A stretch of DNA of 56,780 nt, filler included, from Squatina squatina (Eukaryota), in the NCBI GenBank assembly GCA_031763465.1. It is 4 parts of 4 records of this genome, joined end to end, with 100 filler letters (N's around TTAATTAATTAA, not from the genome) between each part and the next. Parts side by side here need not be neighbours in the genome. Positions count along the whole stretch, not along the records: positions 42,826 to 56,780 come from JARFOE010000168.1; 3 more parts are not named here. One strand, 5' to 3'. A program made the translations under genes and the position numbers. Each line of letters begins with the position of its first letter. Positions within the stretch are counted from its first letter, which is position 1. This document shows, one piece after another, positions 48,324-56,780 of this stretch. The notes under the pieces were generated by a model. It was not told the DNA's origin. It saw only the letters and a program-made list of their open reading frames with translations, and did not search any database.

Positions 48324-49723
48324 GTAGAGTTGTTTGATTTTTCATTCTTGCTCTTTAGAGTTTTTTTTAAATAAAATGTTATTGCATAAATGGACATAAA
48401 GCATTTATACAGTGATCAGCAGGAAGAACAGTGAATTTGTTCATCTATGTTAAGATGGCTGATCTCAGCTGGGATCGCAATAGGAGCATGACAATTTGCC
48501 TGAGCAGTCCTGAGCTCTTATTTGTTTTGACTCTAGTGCCTTCGTGGTCGAACAGCATTCACCATCTAAGTTTACAAATGGCCATTTGCATGTGGTACCA
48601 GAGGGCTACCAGCAATGTGGAGCGGTATCCTAGCAGGAGTCTCCGGCTTCTGGGAGAAAATTGGAAAACAAATTGATTCTTGTGGTAAACTGTTCAACCC
48701 TGGGTGGCCAGCTGCAGTTTATCTCCAATAACTGAAGGGATACCAGTCAACCAATCAACAATTCCATTCTGTTATATACTGGGAATAAGGTTTTGACTTT
48801 GCTTTGTACAACTACTGCAACTCCAGTGGTGGAGTATAAAGTCAGGTGATTTCTGTAAGCCCTCCTCTCTTTCTCNNNNNNNNNNNNNNNNNNNNNNNNN
48901 NNNNNNNNNNNNNNNNNNNNNNNNNNNNNNNNNNNNNNNNNNNNNNNNNNNNNNNNNNNNNNNNNNNNNNNNNNNNNNNNNNNNNNNNNNNNNNNNNNNN
49001 NNNNNNNNNNNNNNNNNNNNNNNNNNNNNNNNNNNNNNNNNNNNNNNNNNNNNNNNNNNNNNNNNNNNNNNNNNNNNNNNNNNNNNNNNNNNNNNNNNNN
49101 NNNNNNNNNNCAGGTTTTATTTCACTCACAAGACCTCATAGTTCACCCATCTGAAAATAACTTAAGCAGATGCTTTTGAAAAAGGATGCCTTGCCTTACT
49201 AATGCATAACTAGTTTAACGCTTAATTCCTTCACCAATACTGACTTCTTTATTGATGATATGCAAACCTCACTTTCCAAAGTCAAGTGGCTGTCCACACC
49301 TAAACTGCTCTGTTAATATATTGACCAGATCAATGTAGTGATGGATGCGAACAACTTCCCAGTATTTCACACTTCCCCTTGGCTGCTTCAGCTGGAAAAC
49401 CCATTTCGACTGTGTATCGGACCTCTAGCATACACCATCTGTCCATTACTTGAGTACGCAATTATACAACACTTACAAAGCTGCAGGAGCTTCTTTATAA
49501 GCTGCTGTCAAAGGGGTTGAGAATTAAACCATCTAAAGCATCTGGAGAATAAACATCAACGTGGATGGGTTGGGCCGACTGACCTGCTTCTGCACTTTAC
49601 AGCCTCTGGGTTCCTATGTAAAACTATGCATCTGCGATAGGTCAGGGCATCTCACCTCAGTTATGCCATAGTGATGAAAATTGTCGCTTAGAAGATAAAT
49701 GCCTCATTACAACAACAATGTGA

Positions 49724-50182
49724 AAGAAAGACTTGCATTTATATATCACCTTTCATGACCACCAGATGTCTCAAAGAGCTTTACAGACAATGAAGTACTT
49801 TTGAAGTGTAGCCACTGTTGTAATGTGGAAGACGCAGCAGCCAATTTATGCACAGCAAGCTCCCACAAACAGCAATGTGATAATGACCAGATAATCTGCT
49901 TTTGCTATGTTGATTGAGGGCTAAATATTGGCCAGGACACCAGGGATAGCTCCCCTGCTCTTCTTTGAAATAGTGCCATGGAATCTTTTACGTCCACCTG
50001 AGAGGGCAGGCGCCCGGGGCCTCTGTTTAATGTCTTATCTGAAAGACCGCACTTCTAACAATGTAGCACTGCCTCGGTACGGCACTGGAGTGTCAGCCTA
50101 GATTATTGCACCCCAGTCCTGGAGTGGGACTTGAACTCCCAACCTTCTGACTTGGGTGTGGGTGCTGCCCGCTGGCTGACAC
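49724..50182 (-). mobile_element. SacSINE1/Deu-domain SINE, near full length
   Basis: tRNA-like head, Deu-like core and L2-type tail; longest copy in the window; lies in a RAB40C intron. Confidence 0.85.
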
Positions 50183-50314
50183 ACGCCATTCTCAAAAGCA
50201 ATCTATAATGTTGCAGGTTTCTAGAGGTTTTATATGAATTTTGGGCTCTTTGTGGGTTTATATTAAAGCAGTGTTTTAAAAAAAAAATACTGAATTTATT
50301 TTCTTTATTTTTAG

Positions 50315-50592
50315 TTTTCACACTGCAAGACCTCTGTTGCCGAGCCATTGTTTCTTGCACACCTGTTCACCTTATTGACAAACTACCACTACCTGTTGCC
50401 ATAAAAAGTCACCTCAAGTCTTTCTCCATGGCCAATGGAATGAATGCAGTCATGATGCATGGGCGTTCGTACTCACTGGCCTCGAGCAGCGGTGGAAGCA
50501 AGGGCAACAGCTTGAAGAGGTCAACTAAACCCCCCCGACCACCACAGAGTCCACCTCAGAGCTGCACACGCACTAACTGCAAAATCTCTTAG
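50315..50592 (+). CDS. RAB40C: RAB40C last exon (SOCS box and CAAX)
   Basis: (V)[56 protein letters not shown]...SKGNSLKRS...NCKIS*; phase joins to 48323. Confidence 0.95.
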
Positions 50593-51545
50593 CAAAAGGT
50601 TTTGTTTCAAGCTCTCCTGTTTGGCAAGAACTTTGCCAGCTGGCCAAGCTTGGAACCTGAGCTTCCATGAAACAGTTCTTGCAGCTTCCGACTGGACCAA
50701 ATGAAGATATGCTCTACATTTTTCAAAGGAATCTCTTTTTTTTGATCAATGAGCAAACACGCTAGTTGAAACCGACACTCATTACATTTTGTTTTGACAA
50801 TTTGCACTGAAATTTCAAGCTAGAGTGTTAATAAAGGGACAGCCAATTTTAAGGAAGGTGGTACTGGCATGTTTACATGGCTTTGATCGGAACATAAATC
50901 TTTACCTTTGTCCTCATGACTAATATATTANNNNNNNNNNNNNNNNNNNNNNNNNNNNNNNNNNNNNNNNNNNNNNNNNNNNNNNNNNNNNNNNNNNNNN
51001 NNNNNNNNNNNNNNNNNNNNNNNNNNNNNNGTGCTGAGTTAGCAGGTGGTAGGAAGGGAAATACGTAATGGGAAGCAGAAAGGTTTATGGATATGGTGGG
51101 AGTGAAAGAATGGGGGTGGTGGAGGAGAAGAAGCACAAAGGATTGCTGGATGGTACAGGAATGGTGCTTCTGAAGGCCACAATTACTTTGCAAACCCTAT
51201 TTAAATGCAGCCATGAGCAATTAGTGACTTCTTTCCCAAGACCACACAATACCTTCCACCTGAAAGGAGAGTCGAAAAAGAAAAGCAGAAGAGGATAAAG
51301 GGACAAACATAAGAGACCAAACCATAACAGGAGACACAGTGGCAGGTAGGTAAATGAGTGACTACAGTGTGCAATTCCACAGAAAATCAATTAGTATATT
51401 AGAAGTCTTCAATGCAAGTACATGCAAATGCAAAGGATGCATTTTGAGTGACCAACGTAAAAATATTGGGAGGTTTGTTTGTACCGAAACACTCAGTCAC
51501 CATTTCACATGTATTATGATTATTTAGGAATTAAGTAATTCATAC

Positions 51546-51624
51546 CATCCGCTTGAATGTCAACCCGCTTTCTTCAGCAAACTTTTGTAATAAGCTCGTA
51601 TCTCTCAAACCCCAGCTTGGATTT
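51546..51624 (-). CDS. METTL26: METTL26 penultimate exon
   Basis: [26 protein letters not shown]; AG acceptor, GTATGA donor; 79 nt; absent from the ORF track. Confidence 0.88.
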
Positions 51625-51747
51625 CTTTTAAAAGAAAAATATTACATTTAAACAGAGCTGATTCAAAACCATATTTTTATTGTCTTTTAGGATTACCGAC
51701 AGAAACGAACTTTGTAAAAATGAAAAAATATTGGCATCATATTTTAC

Positions 51748-51815
51748 CTTTGCCTTAAGCTCAAATCAAAATCGATGTTGCTTTGTGGAGTAATCACGCC
51801 ATTGACTGCGTAGGG
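51748..51815 (-). CDS. METTL26: METTL26 internal exon
   Basis: PYAVNGVITPQSNIDFDLSLRQR; TTTTCTGCAG acceptor, GTAAA donor; 68 nt, in phase with the next exon; METTL26 neighbours RAB40C in human. Confidence 0.9.
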
Positions 51816-53462
51816 CTGCAGAAAAGAACAATGTCAAATTAAGTCAGTCAATGACTGTAGCAATATTTATCAAAATATTCCCTCCAGTAACCTGCCTGGA
51901 AACAGTGAAGGGAACTTTGCGCGACCCTTNNNNNNNNNNNNNNNNNNNNNNNNNNNNNNNNNNNNNNNNNNNNNNNNNNNNNNNNNNNNNNNNNNNNNNN
52001 NNNNNNNNNNNNNNNNNNNNNNNNNNNNNGCAAGAAAATATATCCCATATTTTTAGCTTTTGATTTTTGAGAGTATTTTACTAGCGATCGTGTTTTGTAA
52101 TTAGGAGACAGGTATGGACAAAGAGAACAGAGGCATTTACTTCTTTCTCTCAATCACTACCCTGCTGGATGCAAGCCAGGCTGACTATTGCTGTTTTCCC
52201 TCCCTCTTGGAAGAATGTGAGGCGCTGTATCTGTGGTTCAGGCAACAATGGGCAAGATTCCTTTAAAGACTGGTAAGATGAAATTGGGTGTCACACAACC
52301 ATGAAGTACAGCGTTATTATACACACAGAGTGCTATTACTCAGTTTGTCAGCTTTCAAGAAAGCAAAAAAGGTCNNNNNNNNNNAGTATTTTCTGGGATT
52401 CAACATTATCGTTTTATCGACTGATCGGATGAAAATTGGCTAAGTTTACCACACTGTGATGGAATTTCCAGAGGGACAAAATTCCTGTTGCACAAGTGGA
52501 CAAAGGCAGCTGCTAGGTTACAGCCTGGCTGAAGATCCGAGGATTCACACATGTCAGTCAGGCACATATCATAGAATGGAACAGGATCTACCTGAAAGCA
52601 TAGCAGAAATGCACAAATTTCACGTTATGAAAATTTGCAGGCATACATNNNNNNNNNNNNNNNNNNNNNNNNNNNNNNNNNNNNNNNNNNNNNNNNNNNN
52701 NNNNNNNNNNNNNNNNNNNNNNNNNNNNNNNNNNNNNNNNNNNNNNNNCCTGCAGGCACTGCAGCCAACTGCAGTGGCAAAAACAAGAGAAACGGTTTGG
52801 AAAATGGTTCGTGTAGATGGAACCAGACAGCCCACAGATCCCACAATACCCATAAAAGAAGAAATAATGGATACATTTAATGCAATCTACTAGTGTGCTT
52901 TATGAAATGTCTATATATATGTCACAGCATACTTGAAAATATTATATAATCTAAATAGAAAATTTCAGATCCATTTGGCCATCACAGTAAACCAGAAGGT
53001 TTCAGCNNNNNNNNNNATCAATAATTCGTAGAGCAGCTATCAATACTGTTTCATTCTGGGTTTAAAATCATGGCTGTAGTCAACACTCCAGTAAGTTAAA
53101 TAGCTCTCAACCGAGTTACTAACGTAAGAATGACACGAGCTTAAGTAGGAAAGCGATTAGTATTTGTGAAATCTGAATATAGGTCTTGGTTTTTGAATAG
53201 CATGCTTATCTGAATATACTTTTGAGCAAGGACGTTTATATTTTATCTTAACAACAATTAATATTTATTTGACTTGAGCACAATATTAAATTCACTTTGA
53301 TAATACGCATCTTCTCAGTCTTTCACATTAATATTAATAAACACAACAATCCCATCATCGACTGTGGAAGTGTCTCGGCTCTGTATTTCATAAGAATTGT
53401 AATTTGTTTTCGAAAGCATTCAGTGACAGTAGCCTCCCCGCTCTCCCAGTGTGCTGGAATCA

Positions 53463-53606
<144 letters not shown>

Positions 53607-54482
53607 TTAGTCATTTCTTTCAGTTGGCATTACATAACTACTTTGACATAGGCATTTTTGAAATTACTGCTGTTATTGTCACTCTTATACTACAGGAGAC
53701 TGTCAGATTATTAAAAAGAGGTACCATTAATACTAAACGTCATGGTATAACTTTGCTGTTAGTTATGATGATGTNNNNNNNNNNNNNNNNNNNNNNNNNN
53801 NNNNNNNNNNNNNNNNNNNNNNNNNNNNNNNNNNNNNNNNNNNNNNNNNNNNNNNNNNNNNNNNNNNNNNNNNNGTTTTGACTGCCGACTCTTGGGTCGG
53901 CTCCAAGATGGCAGTTCTAGCGTGGTCTGGGCCACCATCGCGCAACCCAGCACTCTGTTTTGGGTGCTGGGCTGCAGGCCCGGTCCCACGCTGCCCTGGT
54001 GGCCTAGTGGAGGCCATCAGAGGCCTTGCAGAGTGCACACACGGCCCCCTCTTTAAGCAAAGGGGAAGGGCGTTGAAGCGCATTAGTGCTATGTGGAGCA
54101 TCCACGTAGCATTTCCCTCATGCCCCAATAGCGCCCTGGTAATCACCCCCAAAGTCCCAGCCCCAGATGGCTACCGCCCCCAATCGGGGCGCAGGGCAAT
54201 TTTGCCCCCTCTGAATTAAGAATGGACTGCAGTGCCATGCAGTGCTTCTTTTAAATATCACTCAGTAAAGAAAAGAAAGCTTCCCTGAGGCAGGCTTTGA
54301 CCTTCTGAACATCATTGATAAAGACAACCACTGGATACATTTTTCAACTATTACATCCTTTCCAGGTTGTTTCATATTCAAAGATTTCTATTCCAAGCAG
54401 GAGGTTGATGTACTTTGGTGTGGGTGTCATGGGAAAGAGAACATCTATGTCAGCCAGAATTTGAAAGCAGGGATATTTTTAC

Positions 54483-54685
54483 CTTTACTCCTGGGTAGAT
54501 ATCGACGGTGGTCTGATTCATTTCCACATGGAGGGAGTTCCTGCCATCACGCTCATGATTCAGTAACACTGTGAATGTGTTCCTCTGAAAATCTTTAGCT
54601 AAAATAAAACTGCACTTGCTGGCAAAATCATACATCTTCCCATCAAATGTCACGTAATGTTTGTTTCCAATGAGTAGGGCTTGAT
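54483..54685 (-). CDS. LOC400499-like large lipid transfer protein exon (VWD N-terminal part)
   Basis: QALLIGNKHYVTFDGKMYDFASKCSFILAKDFQRNTFTVLLN...VDIYPGVK; HYxTFDG VWD motif with apolipophorin-style LAxDF; 203 nt, phase 1 to 0. Confidence 0.88.
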
Positions 54686-56078
54686 CTATGGAACAGTTAA
54701 GGGAAGAGTTTCAAGATTTCATAAAGTATTGCTCGGAATATAGACATTTACATTTAGATTAGTTTTAAATTAAAAACAGATTTCAAATAAGTACAGAACA
54801 TCTTTCCCCTCTGGTGTCGTGCAATGAACACTGTTGCCAAGATTGGTTTGTAAACAAGTGAAAACTGGATTTTACCAGTTATGTTTAGCATTCCAGCCCA
54901 AAGTTAAAAAATATTTTAGAATAATAAATTTGCTAGCATGTGGTGTGTTACTTTCTTAAGACTGAACGCCCATATGGTGTGACAATTATGTTCTGCCATT
55001 GCTTGGGAGATTATATTAGTGAGAATCATAAGATAAATATGAATGAAGGCGGCCAAATAAGCCCATTTTAGCTCAGCCATCCTGATAGAAAAGACTGCAA
55101 GTCCCCATCACGCAGCTCTTGAATAATTCTAAGGTCTTCGCCTCCATATCTGCCCAGATGTTAATTACTGTTCATGTGAAGAAATTCTCCTTGACATCAG
55201 CCCTAAATTTTCTGGTCACCAGCTGAACCTATGCCCATTCGTCTCCTGTTGTAAATCTCCGTCAAGTAGTGCTTCGCATTGAACATTCCAACATCAATTA
55301 ATCAATATGCAATAAAACCTGTAAATTACGGGACTGGTATCAGCTGTCCCTTTTTCTGCAGGCGTTCTTATTTTTTAAATGGTCGTTGTACGTGCTGTAA
55401 GAAAAATCTTCAGTAGAATGGGGAGTTTCTTTCCCAGCATCCAAAGCGGCAGAGAAACTGCTATTTCCCTGGGATAGAGCCATGCAAGCAGTCAATCCCT
55501 CCGATAGAGTACTTTCTCTGCCGCTGTGGATGCTGGGTAAAAAGCTCCCCATTCCAAAAAAGTTGTTTCTTTCACAAAACCCGCTGTCGCCTTGCGCAGA
55601 GCTGTGTGCCCCATGTTTTAAGTTGTAAAAGGGCTTGGTGCATCGAACGCTGTCCGTAATTTGTAATTTGAGAATGTCTGTAGTTTCAGAGCGCCTCTTG
55701 TATATTTTACCATGCAAGTTATTTGGATCTCTCAATAAGTGACCGTTTTAGGCAGGTATCTATTTTTTGGGAGGGTCTGTTTTTACAGGTTCCACTCTAT
55801 GCTCTTATTCCTATGTCCTGCCACATTCCATTGAACCCTTTTCGTGTGATGGGTACATTGGCTTAATAGAACTTTTCAATGGAATGTGACTGTGACAATC
55901 TGTGATGCTGCAGTTGCACATTTTGACCACCAGGTACTGTANNNNNNNNNNNNNNNNNNNNNNNNNNNNNNNNNNNNNNNNNNNNNNNNNNNNNNNNNNN
56001 NNNNNNNNNNNNNNNNNNNNNNNNNNNNNNNNNNNNNNNNNGTACTTCCTTCTTCAAAAGCACAGTGAACTCAATTAC

Positions 56079-56243
56079 CTCCACATCCAGAGAGTAATTC
56101 TTCATGTCAGCCTGTCCATCATTCCTCAGTGACACCCCCAGCACCATGTCATGGTTCTCATCACTGGAGAGACTGACTCGGGTTTGGGATGATAGAATGA
56201 CTTCTCCTTTATTTCGCTGATGCTTTCCTGACAATTTGATAGA
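56079..56243 (-). CDS. Probable upstream exon of the same LOC400499-like gene
   Basis: SIKLSGKHQRNKGEVILSSQTRVSLSSDENHDMVLGVSLRNDGQADMKNYSLDVE; TTGCTTGCAG acceptor, GTAATT donor; 165 nt, phase 0-0; alternating hydrophobic beta-strand pattern. Confidence 0.6.
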
Positions 56244-56384
56244 CTGCAAGCAAAGTTGAAGCTTTTCATTATAACGTGACCTCACACGTATCTTCTTATT
56301 CTTTTTGTCCTATTCTTTCTGTCAATTTTCCTCTTTCTCGTCTTCTCTCCTGAATTTTTGATAACATTGAGTCAACGTTGGAGA

Positions 56385-56690
56385 GAGGCGCTGCACTCTA
56401 ACACCCCATCCAAAAGGCCATATCTGAGCAAATACTGTGACTATTTGGCAGTAGAGATCTAATCCAAGCCCAGCGCTACCCTCGTCCAATGTCCAAACAA
56501 GTGCACTTCTATTAGGGGTTGCTAGATAACGGGAACTTTAGCTGAAATCCCATCTCCTTATCCCAGACCACCAGAAACAATTGTAGCTCATACCATTGCA
56601 CTGACTGAAATCCTTTAACTCAGCTCAGACTGGAGATCCAGTGGTTTCTATGACACAGCTAGTCATAGCTTAACCAGCTGAGAAGCCACC
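56385..56690 (-). mobile_element. LF-SINE-like old SINE
   Basis: Reverse strand has TATCTAGCAACCCCTAATAGAAGTGCACTTGTTTGGACATTGGACGAGG, homologous to 1000-1216. Confidence 0.5.
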
Positions 56691-56780
56691 GTCGCAATAA
56701 CGCACTGACCCAATGCTCTTTGTTTTCAGTTTTTCAGATTGATTCCACAAAAATATTTGAATTTTAATTATTACCAGCCA

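Noticed and set aside
50855-50880. VNMP... on the minus strand as the METTL26 last exon
   Set aside because: No AG acceptor, and similarity stops after four residues
52749-52893. Several overlapping open frames and a strong minus-strand acceptor at 52770-52769
   Set aside because: Only 20 nt of possible exon before the gap; cannot be assigned to a gene

Overview
Vertebrate nuclear DNA, most likely a cartilaginous fish (shark), judged from SacSINE1/Deu-type SINEs and shark-type CR1, L2, RTE and Penelope repeats. It comes from a fragmented draft assembly. Three artificial 100-nt linkers (44 N + TTAATTAATTAA + 44 N at 13449-13548, 27341-27440, 42726-42825) split it into four blocks, each further broken by mostly 100-N gaps, so gene spacing is unreliable. 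Block 1: four 5' coding exons of DENND4C (-) and three internal exons of TDRD7 (+). Block 2: no recognisable host coding exon; Penelope and RTE fragments and a decayed three-exon Harbinger-type Myb/SANT gene. Block 3: penultimate EML1 exon, with its stop codon and 3'UTR emerging from a gap, plus LINE fragments and a Penelope-type hammerhead hairpin. Block 4: one ASK-family (MAP3K6-like) exon, three RAB40C exons (+), two METTL26 exons (-) and exons of an uncharacterised VWD-containing large lipid transfer protein (LOC400499-like, -). I cannot establish a new biological system from this window. The best leads are the LOC400499-like gene, the hammerhead-bearing hairpin elements, a CR1 ORF1 abutting the TDRD7 LOTUS exon, and the out-of-context ASK exon. 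Gene calls rest on recalled vertebrate protein sequences and splice-site/phase checks, not on database searches.
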